Source: Candidatus Heimdallarchaeota archaeon
Lineage (GTDB): Archaea > Asgardarchaeota > Heimdallarchaeia > Hodarchaeales > Hodarchaeaceae
Assembly: GCA_011364965.1 (NCBI GenBank)
Contig: RDOB01000002.1
Location: 256,001-320,000 of the forward strand
Length of the DNA stretch: 64,000 bases
Reading direction: 5' to 3'
Positions 18,498 through 28,188 of this stretch are shown one piece after another (the first letter of the stretch is position 1; the number at the start of each line of letters is the position of its first letter). Below the pieces are notes generated by a model, which searched no databases, was not told the origin of the DNA, and saw only the letters and a program-made list of their open reading frames with translations. The translations under genes were made by a program, and so were the position numbers.

Positions 18498-20396
18498 GTG
18501 GCGCAGCTAGAAGTAATATTTCAAAACGAGAGTAATAAAACTCTTGTGTTGCTAGGTAATGAAGCAATCGCAAGGGGAATTATTGAATCGGGGGTTTCTG
18601 GTGTCTTTACGTATCCTGGAACACCAAGTTCAGAGATTCCCACAACACTCTATGAGGCTCAGGATTTTTTAAAAAGTATAGGGTATAAATTATATCTAGA
18701 ATGGAGTACAAATGAAGCTGTAGCCCTTGAGGCTGCTTTCGGTTTCTCATTCTCTGGACAACGTACAATTTTTATATCGAAACATGTGGGCTTAAATGTA
18801 GCTGCAGATGCATTTATGACTTTAGTTAATGCAGGAGTTAAAGGAGGCTTGGTTCTTATCATTGCTGAAGACCCTCATATGCATAGTAGCCAAAATGAGC
18901 AGGATAATCGCTGGTATACAAAATTAGCAAATGTTCCAATGTTTGAACCTTCATCAGCTCAAGAAGCTAAAGATATGCTTAAGTCTGCGTTTGAACTAAG
19001 CGAGAAATTTGAAACTCCAGTAATACTTAGAACTGTAACTCGGATAGCGCATTCTCGTGCTGATATCGTGCTGGATTCGATTAAATTTCCAGAATGGGAA
19101 AAAGATATTTCACTTGAGATTGATCCTCGACGCTTTGTCTGTGTTCCAAGGAACGCTCGGATGAACAAACAAAGAATACTCAATCTAACTAAAAGAATCT
19201 CAGAGGAGTTGGAATCCACAAAATGGAATGTTATGGAAACTGGTGATCAAGTAAATCATATATTCATAACTTGTGGTTCTGCTTATAACTATTTAAAAGA
19301 ATTTCTGAATTTAGTCGGTCTTAATCCACCTATACTTAAAATTGGTATCTCTCATCCATTTCCTAATAAAAAGATAAAAGAATATCTTGAAAGCTATCCT
19401 CACTCGGATTTAATTATTGTGGAGGAAGCAGATGATATTTTAGAAACCTTTGTGAAAAAGCTTGCTTTTGAAGTGAAGTTTAAGGGAGATATTTTTGGTA
19501 GAAGAGAAGGCGTTACACCTTCTTATGGGGAACTAACAACATATAAAGTATGGGAGGGGTTAATGAAAGTTTATCCAGGTATTCCCCCTCTTCCTATCAT
19601 CCCTAATGATCGTCTTGAGCTTTTGATTAATCGTCCACCTGTTTTATGTCCAGGATGTCCTCATCGTGCTACTTTCTATGCTTTAAATAAAGCTGTAAGT
19701 AAGAAAAAACGAGTCGTATCTACTGATATTGGCTGTTATACTTTGGGAGCTGCACCTCCTCTGAATACTGGTCACGTGGTGATTTGTATGGGTTCATCTG
19801 TCGGAATAGGATCTGGGTTGGCTCATATTGAAGGAAATAAAGAACCTATTATTGCTATCATTGGAGACTCAACTTTCTGGCATACTGGCCTCCCGGGTTT
19901 AGTGAATGCCGTCTATAACAAGAGTAAATTATTGTTACTCGCAGTAGATAATTCAGCAACAGCAATGACTGGATTTCAACCGAATCCTGGAGAGATACTT
20001 TCCATTGAGGCTGCTGCTAAAGGCGTGGGTGTTAAATATGTGGCTACAATTGACGCGTTTAAACCAAAAGAATCAATCCCAATAATCAAAGAAGCAATTA
20101 CCCACGAAGACGTATCTGTTATAGTATCTAAAGGAGAGTGCAGAATTCAGTATGTTCGACGAGAAGGTTTACCAACAACAACGTTTTTTGTGGAATCAGA
20201 AAGATGCGTTGGTTGCCATACATGTGTTCGACTTATTGCGTGTCCTGCTATCATGTGGTCAGGAATGATAAATTCTAAAGGTAAAGAAATCCCTGTAATT
20301 GATCAATCCCTGTGTGCCCGGTGTGGTTTATGTGCAGAAGTGTGTCCTTACGGAGTAATAGTATCCAAAGAAATTGAAAATGCTCTAGGTGATTAA
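18498..20396 (+). CDS. iorA: Indolepyruvate:ferredoxin oxidoreductase alpha subunit
   Basis: LLGNEAIARG, YPGTPSSE, KHVGLNVAAD, SSQNEQD, RPPVLCPGCPHR, DIGCY, GDSTF, two C-terminal 4Fe-4S motifs. Confidence 0.95.
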   Translation: MAQLEVIFQNESNKTLVLLGNEAIARGIIESGVSGVFTYPGTPSSEIPTTLYEAQDFLKSIGYKLYLEWSTNEAVALEAAFGFSFSGQRTIFISKHVGLNVAADAFMTLVNAGVKGGLVLIIAEDPHMHSSQNEQDNRWYTKLANVPMFEPSSAQEAKDMLKSAFELSEKFETPVILRTVTRIAHSRADIVLDSIKFPEWEKDISLEIDPRRFVCVPRNARMNKQRILNLTKRISEELESTKWNVMETGDQVNHIFITCGSAYNYLKEFLNLVGLNPPILKIGISHPFPNKKIKEYLESYPHSDLIIVEEADDILETFVKKLAFEVKFKGDIFGRREGVTPSYGELTTYKVWEGLMKVYPGIPPLPIIPNDRLELLINRPPVLCPGCPHRATFYALNKAVSKKKRVVSTDIGCYTLGAAPPLNTGHVVICMGSSVGIGSGLAHIEGNKEPIIAIIGDSTFWHTGLPGLVNAVYNKSKLLLLAVDNSATAMTGFQPNPGEILSIEAAAKGVGVKYVATIDAFKPKESIPIIKEAITHEDVSVIVSKGECRIQYVRREGLPTTTFFVESERCVGCHTCVRLIACPAIMWSGMINSKGKEIPVIDQSLCARCGLCAEVCPYGVIVSKEIENALGD

Positions 20397-21006
20397 GGTG
20401 GAGAAAACTCAAAAATTTGAAGTTTTTCTTTGTGGAGTGGGTGGACAAGGTATTCTATCTATCACAGATATTTTATGCAACGCAGCGGTGAAAATGGGAT
20501 TTCGTGTTAGAGGTTCAGAAACTCATGGTATGTCCCAAAGAGGAGGTACAGTGTTCTCAAATGTTCGTTTTGGAAATGTATATTCCCCTCTCTGTTTAGA
20601 ACGAAATACTGACATTTTACTTGGTTTTGAGCCAACAGAAGCACTTAGATATGCTCATTTTGTCAAACCTGATGGTTATATTCTTGTAAATGTTCATCCA
20701 ATACCCAGTCCAAGTTTTATTCTCTCAAAAGCTATTTATCCTGATATAAAAATTGTTTTGAACTCACTTAAAGAATATTGTGCAAATACTATTCCTCTCA
20801 ATGCAACAACTATAGCAATGGAGATGGGAAAAACAATCATTCAGAACATAATAATGCTTGGAACGCTTTCAGCAATCCCTAGTCTCCCCTTATCAAGTGA
20901 GTCATTATTAGAAGCTCTAAGAGAGCAATTTGATCCAAAATACTTCGATCTAAACAAAGAAGCTCTTGAAAGAGGGAGAAAAGAGTTTGAGAAAGGATTA
21001 TCCTAA
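20389..21006 (+). CDS. iorB: Indolepyruvate:ferredoxin oxidoreductase beta subunit
   Basis: GVGGQG, ETHGMSQRGGTV, NIIMLG; overlaps the iorA stop. Confidence 0.95.
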   Translation: MIKVEKTQKFEVFLCGVGGQGILSITDILCNAAVKMGFRVRGSETHGMSQRGGTVFSNVRFGNVYSPLCLERNTDILLGFEPTEALRYAHFVKPDGYILVNVHPIPSPSFILSKAIYPDIKIVLNSLKEYCANTIPLNATTIAMEMGKTIIQNIIMLGTLSAIPSLPLSSESLLEALREQFDPKYFDLNKEALERGRKEFEKGLS

Positions 21007-21014
21007 GTCCTATT

Positions 21015-21635
21015 TTATTTATCTAAGTACAATCTTTGCTCCCATTCATCTATTTTTTCCAGAATATCTTCCAAATATTTCACTTTTTTAATTTTAATTT
21101 CACGATTATAAGTAGCAACATCATATAGCAATCTTGAAGACTGACTTGTTTCAGAAAGAGCATCACGAAATTCTTCAATAAATTCAGGAATTCTTTCGGG
21201 TGATTTTTCCCAAAATCTTGAAATATTTTCTCTTAAAGACTCAATAACAATTCTAAGATCTCCTGCTTCGGAAACGGAAAGAATTGTGGTTGTTCTATCT
21301 TGAATTCTGTTCTTAATTTGATTTATTAATCTTGAAGCAGCATCATTTCGATTTTTCACGATTCCTTCAGTGATCCACTTCTCTACTACTACTTCAATCA
21401 ATTGAAATAAGGCAACATCTTCATTTGCTTGTATTTCAGGAAGGTAGTGAAACAAGCCTAATTTCGTAACTACAAGCCTAAAATTAGCACTAATGTACTG
21501 GTGTTCTTTATTTGTAAATTCAATCCGTTTAAGTAGATCTCTGAAATCTCTGACGCTTAAACGACCAGCTTGGTATTCAATAGTAAGGTTTGGTTTTATT
21601 TTTTCACAAATTTCGTCAATCTTCACTCTAGGCAC
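21015..21635 (-). CDS. Hypothetical helical protein
   Basis: 206-aa ORF with charged helical composition; no family recognised. Confidence 0.7.
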   Translation of the reverse strand: MPRVKIDEICEKIKPNLTIEYQAGRLSVRDFRDLLKRIEFTNKEHQYISANFRLVVTKLGLFHYLPEIQANEDVALFQLIEVVVEKWITEGIVKNRNDAASRLINQIKNRIQDRTTTILSVSEAGDLRIVIESLRENISRFWEKSPERIPEFIEEFRDALSETSQSSRLLYDVATYNREIKIKKVKYLEDILEKIDEWEQRLYLDK

Positions 21636-21855
21636 CAGAAGTATAATTAAATCATGATAATTTCCCGCGAAGTTCTATTAAGCTTTTCTTTTCTATAATT
21701 TTCATAGAGAAAAAAACTTTTAGCATCTTATGAGATTGAATCGGTCTTAAACTAAAATGAAAGAAAAAAATTAACAAAGAACTTGTCGAATTGGAGAGTA
21801 TGCACTACTCTCATGCATTAGATAATCCCATCTATTCCTCTGTATTAATATGAAC

Positions 21856-22134
21856 TCAAATTTTAGTGATAGTGATTTCAATTGCACTTACGTTTGACAA
21901 GTTTCCTTCTCGTGTTTCGATTTGCTCAGTATCTATTTGAATATTTGTTACATCGACGCGATCTTTCATAAAGCGCCGTCGTAAAACTTCAGCAACATCT
22001 ACAGCCCGACTGATGGCTCTCCCGCGCGCTTTGAGAACTATTGCTTCTGCATCACGATTGAACTGAGTTACGCAGGCCATTACATAAGCGGTCACTGGTT
22101 TATTTCCGATAAAAACAGTATTTTCCTCTGTCAT
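21856..22134 (-). CDS. albA: Alba chromatin/RNA-binding protein
   Basis: [30 protein letters not shown]. Confidence 0.97.
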   Translation of the reverse strand: MTEENTVFIGNKPVTAYVMACVTQFNRDAEAIVLKARGRAISRAVDVAEVLRRRFMKDRVDVTNIQIDTEQIETREGNLSNVSAIEITITKI

Positions 22135-22289
22135 GATTGATTCACTCCATGTATTCGGTTTAGGGTGGAATTCACTGAAATAATGTGTCGATTATTATTG
22201 AATATATAACTTGAAAAATCTTTCCAAAGTAGTTTCAATATTCTAGTTTCTTGATTTTATTAATAATCACGAAGATACTGGTTCATTAT

Positions 22290-22922
22290 TTATAGAGGGT
22301 TATCTTGAATTCCAGTAAAGAAACCAATGAGATTAGCAACAATATGAACTACGAATGTAGTAGGAACAAGTATCAAAAACCATTCAATAGGCCATGGAAC
22401 TATAGGATAAATAAAAATAAATCCTATCACCAAAAAACCAAGCTGATCAAGAAAGATAAATGTTTTTCCGCGTTCAATTCCACTACGACGCTTAATAAAC
22501 GAACCCAAGATATCTCCAGTAAGACCCCCAAATGTTATTACAAATCCTATTATTAAACCAGTACTGATAGGATTCTCTAAAATTTGATTCATTCTTAGGC
22601 TCCTTAAAACGCCAAATAGAAAACCATCTTGAACTAAAGAAAGATATTCAATACGTAGTGTAATATTATTTTCCGGAATGAGACGAATTGGGAAGATAAA
22701 GCTTAGTAAGCCAAACAACCCCCCGATGATTGTTGACACTAGAACTCCAGCCCAAAATCCTCGAATGGTCTTTCCATCTCCAAGTAATCGGTTTCCGTCT
22801 CGCCAATAACGTCCTCCATCAATAGGGCGTCCTCCTCCTAAAACTGTTGGCGAAGCATTACCAAACCATAAAGGAAGCACAAATACTGCGCTATCGATAA
22901 TGATTTGGACGATATCCGTCAT
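22290..22922 (-). CDS. carS: CDP-archaeol synthase
   Basis: PIDGGR..DGNRLLGDGKTIRG, GDILGSFIKRR, LDQL. Confidence 0.93.
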   Translation of the reverse strand: MTDIVQIIIDSAVFVLPLWFGNASPTVLGGGRPIDGGRYWRDGNRLLGDGKTIRGFWAGVLVSTIIGGLFGLLSFIFPIRLIPENNITLRIEYLSLVQDGFLFGVLRSLRMNQILENPISTGLIIGFVITFGGLTGDILGSFIKRRSGIERGKTFIFLDQLGFLVIGFIFIYPIVPWPIEWFLILVPTTFVVHIVANLIGFFTGIQDNPL

Positions 22923-23069
22923 TTCCAGATCAGCTCAAAATCAATTTCTGTTCATCATACCGTAAAAAAGCGTACTACGATTCTAAAATACAATTACTTC
23001 TTTGAGAAAGATATTGATGTATTTTTTTTGGGTTGCTTTTTTGTGTTATGGATTTATTATAACAGAATA

Positions 23070-23597
23070 TCACTCTTCTAGCATCAAAAAAATTTTCTCA
23101 TTCCCACCGATGATTTCCCCTTTTGATATATAGAATGTTACAATGGATTTTTCTTTATTTATTATATATTCCGTTCCTGAATAAACTGCTTTTATTGTAC
23201 CTGCCAGAATCTGCCAAGAAGAGATCGCAGGGTATGTTATTTCTTCTGGTTGAGCATAAAGGTGGATAGTATTTACTTTTGTTCTCTTAAGTTGAAAAGG
23301 ATCAGATTCGATGAGAAATTTGAGAACTGGCTTTTCCGGATTGTCCGCAAAGAAATGTAATTGAATATTTTGAATTGTCATTTGGATTTTCTTTTGATTG
23401 AGTAGCAGGTCATCAATGTTGATCCAATATTGTAAATTGTTTTTAATTAGTTCTAATTCCCCAGAAATAGCTCCCGTGGCTTTTAAGTTATAATAATTCT
23501 TATTTACATCTTCATAATAAAAATAGAGGGATTGTTTTATCATTGTTGAACTAACTTTGAAAAATGACTCAACAAATATCGGGATTTCTTTTTCCAT
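23070..23597 (-). CDS. Hypothetical protein (beta-rich)
   Basis: 175-aa ORF; no family recognised. Confidence 0.65.
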   Translation of the reverse strand: MEKEIPIFVESFFKVSSTMIKQSLYFYYEDVNKNYYNLKATGAISGELELIKNNLQYWINIDDLLLNQKKIQMTIQNIQLHFFADNPEKPVLKFLIESDPFQLKRTKVNTIHLYAQPEEITYPAISSWQILAGTIKAVYSGTEYIINKEKSIVTFYISKGEIIGGNEKIFLMLEE

Positions 23598-23681
23598 GAT
23601 TGAATTAATCTCCGATTTCCAATGTATTATTTCCTCCTATACATATAAATATTGAGTGAATTGAAAGTTATTTGACGGATA

Positions 23682-24737
23682 ATGAATGTAATACCAGTAG
23701 GAAAAGCTCCTTGGAGTATTTTAATCGAGTTAATAAAAAAGCAAGGATATACAAAGAATCTTGGAATAATTCAAGCAGCAGAGCAGGGGATTGATGTTGC
23801 AGTTTTAGATATAGCTAGTATAACTAAAACTATAAACGCAACATATAAAACTAATGAATTACCATACTTAATATACAAATCTGATCCAATTACGTTTCCT
23901 ACTCCGAATCCAGCTGCGTATCTTATAATGGTTAATAAAAATGACCTAGCAACTGCAGGTGCACTCCCTTTTGGTATTTTAGTGACCATTCTTTTACCCC
24001 CTAATTGTACTCCAAAGGATTTACTCATAATTCAGAAAAATCTTTCAAAAGAGTGTAATAAAAATAAAATTACTATCTTAGGGGGGCATACTGAGATCAC
24101 AGAGAATGTTGTAAACCCGATTCTTTCAGCTAGCATGATAGGATTTGTTCCCCCAACATTCTATATCCCTAGAAATGTCTTTTCAGGCGACGCCATAATT
24201 TGTTCGGGATGGGTTGGAGCAGAAGGAACGGGTATATTGATTACAGAAGGATTAGAGGTATTCAAAAAGCATTTAACACCTGAAGAAATTCAAACAGGAA
24301 TGAAAATAGGGAGAGAAATAGATATTTCTGATCGGATTATCAGTTGCAATAAAGAGTTCCACCATTCTATTCATTTGGTTCATGATGCGACCGAAGGAGG
24401 TATCTTGGGAGCTATCTATGAATGTATAGCGCCAAAGGGCTTTGGTTGTGAGATTGATTCAGCTAAAATCCCTATTTCAAGTATAACCAAGAAAATAACA
24501 AGTATTTTGGATATAGATCCCAAAAAATTAATATCTTCCGGCGCTGTCCTAATTCTCTGTCCTGAGATTGATTCAATTTCTATAATTAAATTCCTAAGAC
24601 ATTTCGATGTTCCAGCTGAAATTATTGGCAAAGTAACTGATTCTCAGAGCCCCCTCCTGATTGATGGGGAAGATTTGACTCCTCCAGAATCCGATCATCT
24701 AATTTCTGGTTTGTCTTATATTAGAAGGAGTAAATGA
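23682..24737 (+). CDS. AIR synthase-related (PurM/HypE/ThiL fold) ATP-dependent enzyme
   Basis: SDPIT, NDLATAGA, GGHTEIT, HDATEGG, LISSG, IIGKV. Confidence 0.88.
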   Translation: MNVIPVGKAPWSILIELIKKQGYTKNLGIIQAAEQGIDVAVLDIASITKTINATYKTNELPYLIYKSDPITFPTPNPAAYLIMVNKNDLATAGALPFGILVTILLPPNCTPKDLLIIQKNLSKECNKNKITILGGHTEITENVVNPILSASMIGFVPPTFYIPRNVFSGDAIICSGWVGAEGTGILITEGLEVFKKHLTPEEIQTGMKIGREIDISDRIISCNKEFHHSIHLVHDATEGGILGAIYECIAPKGFGCEIDSAKIPISSITKKITSILDIDPKKLISSGAVLILCPEIDSISIIKFLRHFDVPAEIIGKVTDSQSPLLIDGEDLTPPESDHLISGLSYIRRSK

Positions 24738-24771
24738 AAAAACTATAAGATTTTCTTTATTCCTCTTTTTG

Positions 24772-25839
24772 TCAATAAATACGCTTAGTCCCTTCAGAGA
24801 CTTCCGTAATGAATGAGGGGCCAAATTCCTCTAATCTTCTCTTTATTATTAGTGCTGTTTCTCTCTCACCAGCAAGAGCAAACATTGAACCCCCAAAACC
24901 CGCTCCCGAAAGTTTACATCCTAAAGCTCCATATTTTAATGCAATATCACACATTTTATCAAGTTTAGGATGGCTTACTTCATAATCTTCACGCAAAAAA
25001 GTTTGTTGTTCAGTTAGTAAATTTCCTAAATAACTAATACTGGGATCAGGTTTTTTGAGTTCTTCGAATGCCAAGCGTAAATTATCTCTTACCCCAAATA
25101 CACCTTTTAATCGTTTCAATTGAATATTAGATAATTTTCTAATTTTTTCTCCATTTAATTCAGCATCATTTAAATCAGGATTGCCTAAAATATTCAATCC
25201 TTCAAAAATATCTTTTTGAACTGTTTTTAATGGGATATCAGCCTTCCTTTCTACCCCTGAATTTCCAATTATAAAATATGCTTGATTTATCTTCTCAAGA
25301 GTGGTTACAACTGGATTAGAATCAGCAGTCATATGAATAATCCCTCCGAAAGCCACTGAATACTGGTCCATTCTGCCACAAGATATTTTCATAAGATCAT
25401 GTTCACATTCGTAAGCTATTTCAGCTACCTCTTTTGGGGATAATTGTTTCTTAAGGAGCTCATTTCCAACTAAATGAACCATAGCAGTTAGTATAGCAGC
25501 GGAGGAAGATAATCCTGACTTTATTGGAATATCACTAGAAATTTGAATTTTGCTAAGAGTTAAAAGGTCTGATGGTACCCCGAAAAATACCAATACTGAT
25601 TTCAAATAGTCGAAAGGAGAATCATTCAAATAAATGCGATTTTTAAGGAAAACTATCTCATCTTGATTAAATTGGTCGCTCGATAAATATATTTTCTCCC
25701 TGGTTTGCGCTTCAATTGTACATTTTAGATTTAAATACATATTGATCGCCATTGGAATAACAGGGAGATTTAAGTAATCTTGGTGTTCTCCGAATAAACA
25801 AATTCTTCCTGGTGATCTAATCAGTATTTGAGGCGCCAT
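24772..25839 (-). CDS. GHMP family sugar kinase (galactokinase-like)
   Basis: PGRICLFGEHQDY, PIKSGLSSSAA, CGRMDQ, KLSGAGFGGS. Confidence 0.9.
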   Translation of the reverse strand: MAPQILIRSPGRICLFGEHQDYLNLPVIPMAINMYLNLKCTIEAQTREKIYLSSDQFNQDEIVFLKNRIYLNDSPFDYLKSVLVFFGVPSDLLTLSKIQISSDIPIKSGLSSSAAILTAMVHLVGNELLKKQLSPKEVAEIAYECEHDLMKISCGRMDQYSVAFGGIIHMTADSNPVVTTLEKINQAYFIIGNSGVERKADIPLKTVQKDIFEGLNILGNPDLNDAELNGEKIRKLSNIQLKRLKGVFGVRDNLRLAFEELKKPDPSISYLGNLLTEQQTFLREDYEVSHPKLDKMCDIALKYGALGCKLSGAGFGGSMFALAGERETALIIKRRLEEFGPSFITEVSEGTKRIY

Positions 25840-26254
25840 AAAATTCAGTTGCGATATTTTCTTTCATAATTCCCTCGATAAAATTTTAATCCCGCACTTT
25901 TAATATTTCATCTCCATTGGAAAAATAACTTAACAATCTCACCATATTTTATAAATCATAAATTCTATTCAAACATTTGCCAGAATAGAAAGATATTTTT
26001 TAAATAAGAAAGAAATCAATCTTCTTATGATTTGAAATTTGAGCTAAGTTTACCTTTAAATAAAAAGCTCAGATTAAATCTCTAAAAGGAATTCTGGTGA
26101 GAGTTTCGATCCTCAATTAACAATAACTAAGCAAAAAAAAGATAGAAATAATTAAGTGAAATTATATTCAAGTGCGCATTACCTATAAATTGAAGGTTTT
26201 TAATGGAAGTTATAACATCTACTCAAAATTTAAATCATCTATAATACAGGAGTA

Positions 26255-27157
26255 ATGCATATGACCCTTAACATTAAATTAGAAGAAGATATAGATTTAT
26301 TTACGAAAGTCCTGAATGCTGCAGCTGCAGTACTTGAAGATGAAGGAACTTTTCTTATCACCCCAAGTGATGGGGTTACTTTACGCAATATGGACAAGTC
26401 TCGTTTTGCTATGGTCGATTTAAAAATAAAGCCAAGTTTTTTTAAAGGCAGTTTCAATTGTGACAAGGATTACATTATTACTATTCAAATGCAGGATTTA
26501 AAGAAAATCCTTCAGCGTGCTAGAAAAGACGATACATTGACCCTAGAATTGAATGAAAAGAACGATACACTTAATTTTCTCTTTGAAGGTCCAGTAAAGA
26601 AGAAATTTGTACTTCCTTTGCAAGCTGGGGAAGAAACATCGCTTCCAGATCTAAGTTCGCTTCAACATAGCGCTGAAGCAAAATTAAAAGGTGGAGCTTT
26701 AACAGAATTTATTAAAGATGCAGCAATCATTGGTGGGCATCATCCTGCCGTTAAAATCACAGCTGAAACTGGTAAATTAAAGTTTAGTAGTGCTCATGAT
26801 AAAAAAGAGGTCAGTATTGAGATTACCACTAGTAAGGAAGGTGAATTGCAATCTGATGCCCTTGAGATAGAAGCAGACGGTATTTGTGAGTCACTATATT
26901 CAGTTGATACATTTAAGAATTTGATTCTCGTTGATCAAGCTTTTACCTCCGTTTCACTAGCTTTTAAATCTGATCACCCCTTAAAGTTAGTTTATAATCA
27001 TAATGACGAGTTGATATTAGGCTATCTCCTCGCTCCAATGCAACCTGATGTAGGAACAGAAGAAGAAGAAGATGAATCTGATGAAGCATTATCTGATGAA
27101 GAAGATTGGGACGAAGAAGACGAGGAATTTGAAGATTGGGATGACGACGACGAGTAA
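26255..27157 (+). CDS. pcn: PCNA sliding clamp with acidic C-terminal extension
   Basis: MDKSRFAMVDL, SLYS...F, DHPLKL.Y, YLLAP clamp motifs; lies directly upstream of the RFC genes. Confidence 0.9.
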   Translation: MHMTLNIKLEEDIDLFTKVLNAAAAVLEDEGTFLITPSDGVTLRNMDKSRFAMVDLKIKPSFFKGSFNCDKDYIITIQMQDLKKILQRARKDDTLTLELNEKNDTLNFLFEGPVKKKFVLPLQAGEETSLPDLSSLQHSAEAKLKGGALTEFIKDAAIIGGHHPAVKITAETGKLKFSSAHDKKEVSIEITTSKEGELQSDALEIEADGICESLYSVDTFKNLILVDQAFTSVSLAFKSDHPLKLVYNHNDELILGYLLAPMQPDVGTEEEEDESDEALSDEEDWDEEDEEFEDWDDDDE

Positions 27158-27196
27158 AATTTCTAGGGATATCAATCGAATTTCATAGGGGTAAAA

Positions 27197-28183
27197 ATGG
27201 TAACGATAGAGCGAATGTGGACCGAATCATTCCGACCCAAGACACTTAACGAAGTAGTCGGTCAAATTCAAATAATCGAGAGATTAAAACAGTTTGTAAG
27301 AAGGGTAGATTTTCCTCATATGCTTTTCTCTGGCCCTCCAGGAGTTGGTAAAACCACCTGTGCTGAAGCAATCGTAAACGAGATTTATTCAGCCCCTGAT
27401 AGAAGTCGGAACGTGAAAAGACTAAACGCATCTGATGATCGTGGGATTAATGTTGTGAGGGAGGATATAAAGAATTTTGCACGCCTTCTTCCTTCAGGAA
27501 CAGCGAGTTTCAAGTTGATAATCTTAGATGAAGCGGATCAGATGACGAGTGAAGCTCAACATGCTTTAAGACGAACAATGGAAAATTACAACGAAATTGC
27601 TAGATTCATTTTGATCTGTAATTATAGTTCTAAAATTATTAGTCCTATTCAATCTAGATGTGCCATTTTTAGATTCACTAGTCTCGAGAAAGAGGAAATA
27701 AAGCACCGTCTGAAATTTATTGCTACCGAAAAAGGCCTAAAAATTGATAATAATGCATTAGAAGCTTTATTTGAAAGCGGAGAAGGAGATTTGCGTCAAG
27801 CAATTAATGCTCTACAAGCTTCCGCCACTATCAGTACAGATATAACATCAGATATAGTATATCAAGTTCAAGGTTATGTTAAGCCTATAGAAGTGAGAAA
27901 AGCGATAAAAGAATGTTTAAAAGACCCACCCAGTTTTATAAATGCACGAAATCAAATTCAAGCATTAATGGATACATATGGATTATCTGGTCAAGATCTT
28001 GTTAAGCATTTTAATCGAGAATTAACGAGTATGAAAAATGATGAGATCGATCCCCAGATTAGATATTCAGCTCTTTCAATTCTTTCTGAAATCGATTATC
28101 GGCTAGCAATTGGGTGCAATCCTCAAGTTCAATTTGATGCTTTTATAGCAAAATTTATAGCTGAAGCTATCAGAATGGGGTAA
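27197..28183 (+). CDS. rfcS: Replication factor C small subunit
   Basis: WTESFRP, GPPGVGKT, LNASDDRGI, ILDEAD, AQHALRR, IQSRC, GDLR; no intein. Confidence 0.97.
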   Translation: MVTIERMWTESFRPKTLNEVVGQIQIIERLKQFVRRVDFPHMLFSGPPGVGKTTCAEAIVNEIYSAPDRSRNVKRLNASDDRGINVVREDIKNFARLLPSGTASFKLIILDEADQMTSEAQHALRRTMENYNEIARFILICNYSSKIISPIQSRCAIFRFTSLEKEEIKHRLKFIATEKGLKIDNNALEALFESGEGDLRQAINALQASATISTDITSDIVYQVQGYVKPIEVRKAIKECLKDPPSFINARNQIQALMDTYGLSGQDLVKHFNRELTSMKNDEIDPQIRYSALSILSEIDYRLAIGCNPQVQFDAFIAKFIAEAIRMG

Positions 28184-28188
28184 TCTTT

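Noticed and set aside
21794-21858. TGA stop of alba plus downstream hairpins read as selenocysteine readthrough/SECIS
   Set aside because: Alba is complete at the TGA, readthrough would add only a short peptide before TAG, and the hairpins lack SECIS geometry.
25840-26254. Replication origin in the AT-rich gap upstream of PCNA
   Set aside because: No ORB-like repeats and no cdc6/orc1 gene nearby.
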